IMG/VR virus record: IMGVR_UViG_3300026473_000783
Direction: 5' to 3' (one strand)
Length of the DNA: 17,481 bases
DNA from: a virus
Lineage: Duplodnaviria; Heunggongvirae; Uroviricota; Caudoviricetes
This document shows, piece by piece, positions 7,611-15,152 of the stretch (the first letter of the stretch is position 1; each line of letters starts with the position of its first letter). Position numbers and translations under genes: made by a program. The notes beneath the pieces were generated by a model, which worked only from the letters and a program-made list of their open reading frames with translations, did no database searches and was not told the origin of the DNA.

Positions 7611-7970
7611 ATGAAAATTGAAAATTTAATTATTCCAGTCGCCATCTTAATTTCTTTACCACTTTTCTACTTAGGTGGGGAAATCAACGCAAAAGTTAAT
7701 TTAAAAATAGCCGGAAACGGAATGACTCTGGGAAACCGTCCAGAGCCTTATTACAAGTTTCAGCTTCAAAAAGACAATCAAGAATACCTTCTCGGAATCA
7801 CCAATAAAGAATTTTCTGATAATTTTAAAAACTTCAACCTCACTCAATTACCTGAAAAGAAGTGTTATATCAGTTTCAACAAATATCAAAATTTAATTAC
7901 AACTAAAATATCTAAGGTTGTCTGTAACGGAAAAGATTTAGCTGTTTACAATTTAGAGAAAAAACAATAA
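7611..7970 (+). CDS. Membrane-anchored or exported hypothetical protein (119 aa)
   Basis: GGGAG RBS; N-terminal hydrophobic stretch LIIPVAILISLPLFYLGG; two C-terminal Cys. Confidence 0.8.
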   Translation: MKIENLIIPVAILISLPLFYLGGEINAKVNLKIAGNGMTLGNRPEPYYKFQLQKDNQEYLLGITNKEFSDNFKNFNLTQLPEKKCYISFNKYQNLITTKISKVVCNGKDLAVYNLEKKQ

Positions 7971-7979
7971 GGAGATTAT

Positions 7980-8405
7980 ATGAATCAATCTTTATGGATA
8001 TTAGGTGGAATTCTTTTAGTAGTTTCCTTAGTAGATCAATTATTTAAAAAACAAAAGAAAGATTCTATTGAAGAGAATAAAAAGAAAATTGAAGAAGCTT
8101 TGAAGTCGACGAGTCGTGAAATAAACTTTAAATATGTAGGCCAATCACTATACAGAGGGGTTCCAGTTCTTCAATCTGTATATAAAGCAAAAGTCAACGA
8201 ATTAACAATATATCTTTACAAAAATCCAGATATAAACAATGAAAATTTTCATTTTCCAAAAGAGGTTAAAATAAGCACGGAAAATCTTTTAAATAAAAAA
8301 GATGCTTGGTTCGATTTAACTGGTCCTTACGTTCCTTATATAAAAAAAGCTAATAAATCTGAACAACTTGAAGAAGGTTATGCGATTCATTTCAAAAATA
8401 TTTAA
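7980..8405 (+). CDS. N-terminally membrane-anchored hypothetical protein (141 aa)
   Basis: AAGGAG RBS; LWILGGILLVVSLV TM segment followed by a Lys-rich stretch. Confidence 0.8.
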   Translation: MNQSLWILGGILLVVSLVDQLFKKQKKDSIEENKKKIEEALKSTSREINFKYVGQSLYRGVPVLQSVYKAKVNELTIYLYKNPDINNENFHFPKEVKISTENLLNKKDAWFDLTGPYVPYIKKANKSEQLEEGYAIHFKNI

Positions 8406-8434
8406 ATTTTCAAATACGACAGAAAGTTTTTTTT

Positions 8435-8608
8435 ATGAATAAATCTTTATGGATATTATTAGTATCAATTATTTTAACGGTTTATTTAATTGATCTACTA
8501 TTTGAAAAAAAAAGAAAAAATAAGGCGACGACTTTTTTGGAAGAAACTTTATGGATATGTACAGCAATGATTTCAGTGTTTTGTTTAATTGATCTAGTAT
8601 TTAAATAA
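8435..8608 (+). CDS. Small two-TM protein (57 aa), absent from the ORF track; each TM resembles the N-terminus of the 7980 protein
   Basis: Hand translation MNKSLWILLVSIILTVYLIDLLFEKKRKNKATTFLEETLWICTAMISVFCLIDLVFK*; RBS weak. Confidence 0.55.
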   Translation: MNKSLWILLVSIILTVYLIDLLFEKKRKNKATTFLEETLWICTAMISVFCLIDLVFK

Positions 8609-8641
8609 ATAAAAATAAAACAAATATAAAGGTTTTTAAAT

Positions 8642-8884
8642 ATGATATATCTTAATACAGCTACTCAAGAATTTATCAATAAAAATCCTGGATTATTTGT
8701 AAAAACAATTCAATGTAATAATTGCCAGAACGAGCTTTCCACAACCATTCCATTTATAACAAAAGATTATATCGGCTTAGCCACACCGAATTGTTCATGT
8801 GGAAACTTACTATCTAAAGCAGAAGTAGCAATACCAAGAACTGAAAAAGAAATAGAATCTTGGTTGTCTTTTTTTAAAGAATAG
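8642..8884 (+). CDS. Putative zinc-binding protein (80 aa)
   Basis: CNNC...CSCG motif; AAGG upstream. Confidence 0.75.
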   Translation: MIYLNTATQEFINKNPGLFVKTIQCNNCQNELSTTIPFITKDYIGLATPNCSCGNLLSKAEVAIPRTEKEIESWLSFFKE

Positions 8885-8926
8885 AACAGTTTAGATTTAA
8901 ATTTTCTTAAAATAAACAAAATCTCT

Positions 8927-9811
8927 CTATACAAGATTTGATGTTATTTTTTTAAGAGCCAATTTTAATCCAGAAATTAAATCTTCTCGAGTCTCAAACT
9001 CAAATGTTTCTGACACAAACCACTCATTTGAAGACCCTTTTCTATGATAAGGAGCTTCCCAATTTACCGCTAAAGCAACATACATAGATCTTTTCTCATC
9101 ACGATTATCTTTTCTATGAACAAACGCTTCAATTTCAAACATAACCGAACTACTCTCATCAGAGGTATATTCGCTCTCAAGTTCAGACAACTCTTCAGCC
9201 AACTGAGACTTTCCTAAATCATTTAAATCAGAATAATTGATTTTATCTTCTTCAATATCTTTTAATTTTTCTTCATTTCTTCTTTTAAATTCTTCCAAAG
9301 CACTTTTATTACTAATTTCATATAACTCATTTAATTTTTCTTGCGCTATTTTTGGTAAATTCGATAAATAACCAGTTCCAAAAAGATAACCTAAGTCAGT
9401 AAAACCCCGAACACTCGCTCCACCATCATTTGACGAAATAAATCCATCACGACTACGACACTCAACTTCCTCAACTTCTCCTGATATTTCATATTTCTGA
9501 GCAATTGAATCAAAACTTTCCTGAACAATTTCTTTAACTTCTTCCATAACAGAAGATAATTCATCTAGTTTATTAAAATAAATCGGACCCGCTGAAACAT
9601 TCTCCATAGTCCAACCATCCGTCCAAGCTTTGTAGATAAATTCACTTGATCCAATTTCGTTTCCAATCAATTCACGACTATTCTCAATAAACAAAGATAA
9701 ATCTTGATCTAAAACAGGTACAGCTCTTTTTCCATCTTTAAAAGCTTTTCTTCCAATCATTTTAGCTTGAACCGATAATGCTTGTTTTTGAACTCTGCTT
9801 AATTTAGCCAT
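8927..9811 (-). CDS. Hypothetical acidic protein (294 aa)
   Basis: AGGAG RBS; long E/D-rich frame with motifs AWTDGW, CRSRDGF and VNWEAPYHRKG. Confidence 0.85.
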   Translation of the reverse strand: MAKLSRVQKQALSVQAKMIGRKAFKDGKRAVPVLDQDLSLFIENSRELIGNEIGSSEFIYKAWTDGWTMENVSAGPIYFNKLDELSSVMEEVKEIVQESFDSIAQKYEISGEVEEVECRSRDGFISSNDGGASVRGFTDLGYLFGTGYLSNLPKIAQEKLNELYEISNKSALEEFKRRNEEKLKDIEEDKINYSDLNDLGKSQLAEELSELESEYTSDESSSVMFEIEAFVHRKDNRDEKRSMYVALAVNWEAPYHRKGSSNEWFVSETFEFETREDLISGLKLALKKITSNLV

Positions 9812-10051
9812 AAATTTATCTCCTATAATTTAAATAGATTTTTTCTCAAAATTTATGTATATTTCTATCTATACATAGATTTACTTTTTGTATACTTACA
9901 AATCAACACTATTTAACAGATGTGTAATGAATGTACAATGAAAAAGAGTAGCAAAATCAATAATTTAGAGATTTTTTAGGTTTTAATGTGTATATGGATA
10001 GTTTATTTTTTTCGTTAAATCTATACCTAGGGTATATTTATATCGACAAAA

Positions 10052-10600
10052 TTAAACTTTCATATTGTTATGAACCAGTTCGACAAAAGCAGAAACAATA
10101 GTTGTTCTTTTAATCAAAAAATCAAGTTCTTCATATTTTGAATCATCAGTAATGTTTTGAAAATGATTTTTACAAAATCTTTTAATAAAATACTTTTCAA
10201 AACTTTGAATCAAGTCGTTTCTATCTGACCTATTAACACCTTTTCCTTCGGTTAATTCTAAAAATATCTGTTCTTTATTCTCTTCGAAAAGTTCAGCATA
10301 AAACTCTTCTCTTTGATTTAAAAAACTGGCAATAATACTTCTTTTTATTTCTAATTTTGATTTAAAATTTTCAAGAAAATTAACAAGAACTTCTTGTCTA
10401 GAGTTTTCAAGCTCTTCTTTAAGAGATTTTAATCGCTCTCTTTCAAAAGCTTGGAAATAATCTCTATAATTAGCTATAGATAAGAATGCCTGTGCTTTAG
10501 CTTCGGATATGTTCTCACCCGTCTCCAATGTCTCAAACAGAGACACAGCTGATTCTCCAAACAACGAATTTAACTCTTTTTTAAAATCTATTAGATTCAT
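10052..10600 (-). CDS. Hypothetical helical protein, 182-aa family copy A
   Basis: 134/182 identical (hand count) to 12776-13324; no SD visible. Confidence 0.85.
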   Translation of the reverse strand: MNLIDFKKELNSLFGESAVSLFETLETGENISEAKAQAFLSIANYRDYFQAFERERLKSLKEELENSRQEVLVNFLENFKSKLEIKRSIIASFLNQREEFYAELFEENKEQIFLELTEGKGVNRSDRNDLIQSFEKYFIKRFCKNHFQNITDDSKYEELDFLIKRTTIVSAFVELVHNNMKV

Positions 10601-10607
10601 ATAGAGG

Positions 10608-10674
10608 TAAATAGGAAAAAATCTTAATTTTATCGAAAAAAAGAGATATTATAATAAAAGAGGTTAATTATGCT
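10608..10674. promoter_or_regulatory. Divergent promoter region, 67-bp exact repeat of 13332-13398
   Basis: Identical base by base in both copies. Contains TATTATAAT and GAGG on the + strand and TAAAAT on the - strand. Confidence 0.8.
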
Positions 10675-11242
10675 GGTTTTAAGAGAGTTTGAAAAAGAAC
10701 ATAAATACTTAAGAGTTTGTCCAGTCGAAGAACTACAGTCTGACATGGACGAACATATTCAACTTCCTTTTGATAATTATCCGATACTTGAAAAATATAA
10801 AGCCCAAGGTAAAACAAGAAACTATGAAACAATCGATCTATTCAAATACAGAGAAGATGTTTTTCAAAAACTTGCCAAACACGATCCTCTATTCTTGAAT
10901 ATATCAGAATCTTTTAAAGAAAAAATTATATTACTCTTAAGCGCAAACATAAGACAAGAAAGTCGACACTCTCTAAAAAATGGAGGTTCAGGTTTAGCCT
11001 ATACAACCTTTGCAGAACTTTGGATGTATGTTCATGGAAGTGCTTTATCTACTTTTAAAAAAAACATGGAACCAAGAGATTTTGTCTTACTTATAAAATA
11101 TAAAAAATATAGAGATTTAACTCTTGCAATTATGAAAAAATATGGATTCGATGAAGTTGTTAAACTAGACGGACAAGAATCTTTCGATTTATCCAAAAAG
11201 TTTTATGAAAAAAATAATAAAGAATTTAAGGAGATTGCTTAA
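10670..11242 (+). CDS. Hypothetical protein, 190-aa family copy 1
   Basis: GAGG RBS; conserved LRVCP.EELQSDMDEH and SLKNGGSG motifs shared by three copies. Confidence 0.88.
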   Translation: MLVLREFEKEHKYLRVCPVEELQSDMDEHIQLPFDNYPILEKYKAQGKTRNYETIDLFKYREDVFQKLAKHDPLFLNISESFKEKIILLLSANIRQESRHSLKNGGSGLAYTTFAELWMYVHGSALSTFKKNMEPRDFVLLIKYKKYRDLTLAIMKKYGFDEVVKLDGQESFDLSKKFYEKNNKEFKEIA

Positions 11243-11815
11243 ATGCTAATCCCAATGGAATTTGGAAAAAAATATAAATACTTAAGAGTTTGTCCAATTG
11301 AAGAATTACAGTCTGATATGGACGAACATATTCAACTTCCTTTTGATAATTATCCAATACTTGAAAAATATAAAACTCAAGGAAAAACAAGAAATTACGA
11401 AACAATCGATCTATTCAAATACAGAGAAGAAGTTTTTCAAAAACTTGCCAAACACGATCCTCTATTCTTGAATGTATCAGAAGCTTTTAAAGAAAAAATA
11501 ATCCTTCGTTTAAGTGGAAATATCAGCAAAGAAAGCGCAAACTCTTTAAAAAATGGAGGATCTGGTTTTGCACATTCGACTTTTTCAATTTTGTGGTTGC
11601 GAGTTTTTGATAGCACATTACATAAGTACGGAAAAAACATAGATCCTAGAGACTTTGTATTGATGTTGAAGTATAAAAAATACAGAGATATGGCTCTTGC
11701 CGTTATGAAAAAATATGGATATTTTGAAGTTGCTAAATTAAATGGACAGGAAGGCTTTGATTTATCAAAAAAATTTTATGAAAAAAATAATAAAGAATTT
11801 AAGGAAGTTGCATAA
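11243..11815 (+). CDS. Hypothetical protein, 190-aa family copy 2
   Basis: TAA-ATG abutment with copy 1; AAGGAG RBS inside copy 1; 146/190 identical to copy 1 and 151/190 to copy 3 (hand counts). Confidence 0.88.
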   Translation: MLIPMEFGKKYKYLRVCPIEELQSDMDEHIQLPFDNYPILEKYKTQGKTRNYETIDLFKYREEVFQKLAKHDPLFLNVSEAFKEKIILRLSGNISKESANSLKNGGSGFAHSTFSILWLRVFDSTLHKYGKNIDPRDFVLMLKYKKYRDMALAVMKKYGYFEVAKLNGQEGFDLSKKFYEKNNKEFKEVA

Positions 11816-11816
11816 A

Positions 11817-11999
11817 CTAGTTGGAGTCATCTCGACTATTTATTTCCTGACATTTCTCACATTCATATAAATACTCACCCTTCTCTAAACTACAACAAAC
11901 ACAAACCGCCGCTTCTTTATAGATATCAACAGAAATTTCTGGATAATTATAAATAAACGTTAATAATTCTTCTTTTGTTAAATCTTTTAATCGTTTCAT
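11817..11999 (-). CDS. Small Cys-rich putative zinc-binding protein (60 aa)
   Basis: CVCC...CEKC; a recognisable decayed homolog lies at 13963-14061. Confidence 0.7.
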   Translation of the reverse strand: MKRLKDLTKEELLTFIYNYPEISVDIYKEAAVCVCCSLEKGEYLYECEKCQEINSRDDSN

Positions 12000-12063
12000 T
12001 TCTTTTAAATAGAAAAATTAAAATTTTACGAAATAATCCTATTTAAAGATAAGAGGGAAATAA

Positions 12064-12393
12064 ATGAAAAATTTAAGAGACAATCTTAATATCAATAGAA
12101 GCGTGTTAGAATCGCTTTATTGCTATGAACGAGATAATTGTATTGAACTATCAATGATTGAAATTAAAGAAGAGTTTCGAAATCAAGGATTTGGTTCTGA
12201 AATAATGCGAAAAATATGTACCTACGCAGATTCTGTTCAAAAACCAATCCTCTGCTCGCCAGAACCCCACAATTCAAACATGAGCCTAGAGAGTCTTGTT
12301 TCTTTTTACGAAAAATTAGGTTTTGTTCCAAACAAGGGTTCTATTAGAGATTACAGCCTGCCAAGCCATTCTTATCGGCGCAATCCAGAATAA
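12064..12393 (+). CDS. Minimal GNAT N-acetyltransferase (109 aa)
   Basis: IELSMIEIKEEFRNQGFGS contains the acetyl-CoA loop RxxGxG; FYEKLGF motif; GAGGG RBS. Confidence 0.85.
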   Translation: MKNLRDNLNINRSVLESLYCYERDNCIELSMIEIKEEFRNQGFGSEIMRKICTYADSVQKPILCSPEPHNSNMSLESLVSFYEKLGFVPNKGSIRDYSLPSHSYRRNPE

Positions 12394-12412
12394 TTTCCCG
12401 TTATTTAATTTT

Positions 12413-12691
12413 ATGGACAATCCCTATGGATATTCTCTTATGCTTTTAAGAGGAACAACTCTAGATCTTAAAGAAGCTATAGAGAGTAAAGACTTGAAAA
12501 GAATTACTCTTTGTCAAAAAAGACTTTATCAGTCTTTATTGGATTTTGACAAATCAAAAAAAATATTTAATAAAGAATCCTTCATTCAACAATCGTATAA
12601 AAAAATTGAACAAGAAAGCATTGATTCGGCCAATTTGATTCTTAATTACTCCTATCAACATCTCAAAAAATCACTATTCCTTATAAAATGA
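12413..12691 (+). CDS. Hypothetical protein (92 aa; start revised from 12323), unique spacer between the duplicate modules
   Basis: ATG 12413 avoids a 70-nt overlap with the GNAT gene; RBS unclear. Confidence 0.55.
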   Translation: MDNPYGYSLMLLRGTTLDLKEAIESKDLKRITLCQKRLYQSLLDFDKSKKIFNKESFIQQSYKKIEQESIDSANLILNYSYQHLKKSLFLIK

Positions 12692-12775
12692 ATAGACTCC
12701 AACAATAGGTAGATAGATCTATTTTTTCTAAACCTTATTTTTTAATATAGTTTGGCTTTAATCATATCAATAAAA

Positions 12776-13324
12776 CTAAGCTTTCATTTTATTTTGAACT
12801 AACTCGACAAAAGTAGAAACTATAGATGTTTTCTTAATTAAAAAATTAAGTTTTTCATATTTTGAATCTTCGCCAATATCCTGAAAATAACTTTTACAAA
12901 ATATTTTAATAAAGTATTTTTTTGAATTAAGAATAAGCATGTCCTTGTCTGCGTTATTTACAAATTTTCCTTCAGTTAATTCTAGAAAAATCTGTTCTTT
13001 ATTCTCTTCGAAAAGTTCAGCGTAAAATTCTTCTCTTTGATTTAGAAAGTTAGAAGCAACACGTCTATTTTTTTCTAATTTTGATTTAAAATCATCAATG
13101 AAGTTAACAAGAGTTTCTTGACTAGACATCTCAAGTTCTTCTTTTAATGATTCGATTTTATTTTTTTCAAAAACTTGGAAATAATCTATATAATTAGCTA
13201 TAGATAAGAATTCTTGAGCCTTAGATTCGGATATATTCTCACCAATCTCTAGTGTCTCAAATAAAGACACCGCAGATTCTCCAAATAACGAATTTAACTC
13301 TTTTTTAAAATCTATTAGCTTCAT
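12776..13324 (-). CDS. Hypothetical helical protein, 182-aa family copy B
   Basis: Ungapped paralog of 10052-10600. Confidence 0.85.
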   Translation of the reverse strand: MKLIDFKKELNSLFGESAVSLFETLEIGENISESKAQEFLSIANYIDYFQVFEKNKIESLKEELEMSSQETLVNFIDDFKSKLEKNRRVASNFLNQREEFYAELFEENKEQIFLELTEGKFVNNADKDMLILNSKKYFIKIFCKSYFQDIGEDSKYEKLNFLIKKTSIVSTFVELVQNKMKA

Positions 13325-13393
13325 ATAAATATAAATAGGAAAAAATCTTAATTTTATCGAAAAAAAGAGATATTATAATAAAAGAGGTTAATT

Positions 13394-13966
13394 ATGCTTA
13401 TGCCAATGGAGTTTGGAAACACATGGAAATATCTAAGAGTTTGTCCAGTTGATGAACTTCAATCCGATATGGACGAACATATTCAAATTTCTTTTGATAA
13501 TTACCCAATTCTTGAAAAATATAAAATTAAAGGAAAAACGAGAAACTATGAAACAATCGATCTTTACAAATATCGAGAAGATGTATTCGAAAAGCTAGCC
13601 AAACATGACCCTCTTTTCTCAAACATATCAGAAGAATTTAAGGAAACCATTATATTGACTTTAAGCGCAAACATAAGACAAGAAAGTATTAACTCTTTAA
13701 AAAACGGAGGCTCAGGTTTTGCCTATACATCTTTTGCTGCTTTCTGGATAGAAGTTCATGACAATACATTATATAAATTTGGAAAAAATATAGATCCAAG
13801 AGATTTTGTATTGATGTTAAAATACAAAAAATATAGAGATTTGGCTTTAAGCGTTATGAAAAAATATGGATACTTTGAAGTTTCTGAATTAAATGGTCAG
13901 GAAGGTTTTGATTTGTCTAGAAAATTTTATGAAAAAAACAATAAAGAATTTAAGGAAGTCGCTTAA
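13394..13966 (+). CDS. Hypothetical protein, 190-aa family copy 3
   Basis: GAGG RBS; 143/190 identical to copy 1 (hand count). Confidence 0.88.
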   Translation: MLMPMEFGNTWKYLRVCPVDELQSDMDEHIQISFDNYPILEKYKIKGKTRNYETIDLYKYREDVFEKLAKHDPLFSNISEEFKETIILTLSANIRQESINSLKNGGSGFAYTSFAAFWIEVHDNTLYKFGKNIDPRDFVLMLKYKKYRDLALSVMKKYGYFEVSELNGQEGFDLSRKFYEKNNKEFKEVA

Positions 13967-14061
13967 TCCAGATTATCAATTCTATTTAACTCTTGACACT
14001 TCTCACGTTCATACAAATACTCCCCACTCTCCAAACCACAACAGGCGCAAACCGCCTCTTT
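13963..14061 (-). pseudogene. 3' remnant of the CxCC peptide gene
   Basis: Translates KEAVCACCGLESGEYLYEREKCQELNRIDNLD*, against KEAAVCVCCSLEKGEYLYECEKCQEINSRDDSN in copy A. No in-frame start precedes an upstream stop, and one Cys has become Arg. Confidence 0.85.
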
Positions 14062-14062
14062 A

Positions 14063-14270
14063 AGGCTTTGGCACGGAAATTATGAAAAAAATCTGCCTCT
14101 ACGCTGATTCTGTCCAAAAACCAATCCTCTGCTCCCCAGAACCCCACAATTCAACTATAAGCTTGGAAGATCTTATCTCTTTTTATGAAAAATTAGGATT
14201 TCGCCCCAATAAAGGCTCTATTCGCGATTACAGCCTTCCAAATCACTCCTATCGCAGAAACTCCGAATAA
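14063..14270 (+). pseudogene. 5'-truncated GNAT copy
   Basis: Homology begins at (Q/K)GFGTEIMKKIC. The ATG at 14082 lies after the GxG loop, so the 62-aa ORF lacks the N-terminal strands and the acetyl-CoA loop. Confidence 0.8.
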
Positions 14271-14358
14271 AATTCCCGTTATATCTCTTAAAAGAGGTTA
14301 GTTGCGAATCTTTTTTAAATCAATGTATCGATAACGCTTTATCAGAAATGGAGCAATT

Positions 14359-14661
14359 ATGAGACTTATCTGTAAACAAAACTATTTACCTGAAGTGATC
14401 GAACCAAGAGGTCTTGGCCCTTTTAGAAAAGATCAAGTTGTTCGGCCAAGATTAGATTTCCCCCTAACCGTTGGAAAAGAATATGAAGTTTCTTTTTACA
14501 TAAGACCCATATCTGAATATACACATCTTTACGTTCTATGCGTATTCACCGATAATCTTGAATATGAAGAATTCTACAGTGAGCCTTCTGGAAGCAAAAC
14601 ATTTCGTGAAAATTTCTTTAAAGATTTAAGTGTTCTTTTTGAGAACCCAATTCCTAGATAA
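14359..14661 (+). CDS. Hypothetical protein (100 aa)
   Basis: GGAG RBS; the L.VGKEYEV motif suggests a small beta-rich fold (weak). Confidence 0.72.
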   Translation: MRLICKQNYLPEVIEPRGLGPFRKDQVVRPRLDFPLTVGKEYEVSFYIRPISEYTHLYVLCVFTDNLEYEEFYSEPSGSKTFRENFFKDLSVLFENPIPR

Positions 14662-14669
14662 AACAATAG

Positions 14670-15152
14670 ATGAGCACTAAATCTATGCTAGAACTTTTAA
14701 AATCCCTCTTCAAACCTAAAAAACCAGATATGCCGTTTCAATCTTTCATCTTAAGATGTTTAAAAGACATGACGATTCGTGAAGTAGCTATAATTGCTAA
14801 AACCAGCCTCCCCACAGTTCAGAGTTGGGCATCCGGCCAATCCCACCCTCACCCTTTTGTAATCCCGCATATCATAAAAGCTCTAGAGCCAGAACTTTCA
14901 CGAAGAGAGCAATCTATAAAGGATTCTATCAATCTTAAAACTCCGAGCCGTGAAGAACAATTCCAGTCCTTCATATTAAGAGCTTTAAAAGTTATGACGA
15001 TTCATGAAGTAGCTTCAATCATCCAAGTTCAAGTCCCACTAGTCCAACGCTACGCCAGCGGCGACACAGGCCCCCGCAAACCTTTTGATCTACACATCAT
15101 AAACCTCCTTGAACCTGAACTTCTAAAAAGAGAAAAAGCCTTAGAGGATTGA
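14670..15152 (+). CDS. Tandem double helix-turn-helix (Cro/XRE-like) protein (160 aa)
   Basis: Two internal repeats: FQSFILRCLKDMTIREVAIIAKTSLPTVQSWASG and FQSFILRALKVMTIHEVASIIQVQVPLVQRYASG, matching the XRE HTH pattern. Confidence 0.75.
   Translation: MSTKSMLELLKSLFKPKKPDMPFQSFILRCLKDMTIREVAIIAKTSLPTVQSWASGQSHPHPFVIPHIIKALEPELSRREQSIKDSINLKTPSREEQFQSFILRALKVMTIHEVASIIQVQVPLVQRYASGDTGPRKPFDLHIINLLEPELLKREKALED

Larger units (their letters stand above)
10040..12404. repeat. Duplicated module, copy A (182-aa gene, 190-aa gene x2, CxCC peptide, GNAT)
   Basis: Collinear homology to about 12763-14282, from just outside the 182-aa stop to TTCCCGTTAT after the GNAT stop. Boundaries are approximate. 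Confidence 0.9.
12763..14282. repeat. Duplicated module, copy B (one 190-aa gene; internal deletion of about 266 bp)
   Basis: Collinear with copy A; deletion junction at about 14062. Confidence 0.9.

Noticed and set aside
11437-11640. Minus-strand 67-aa ORF
   Set aside because: Antisense shadow of 190-aa copy 2; not reported in the paralogs.
10670-13966. Diversity-generating retroelement as the source of 190-aa variation
   Set aside because: No reverse transcriptase or non-coding template repeat is present; differences are not adenine-specific and include many synonymous changes across the genes.
7451-14282. TCCCGTTAT recurring after stop codons (7451, 12396, 14274)
   Set aside because: Two copies come from the module duplication; the third is a single 9-mer match that could be chance.
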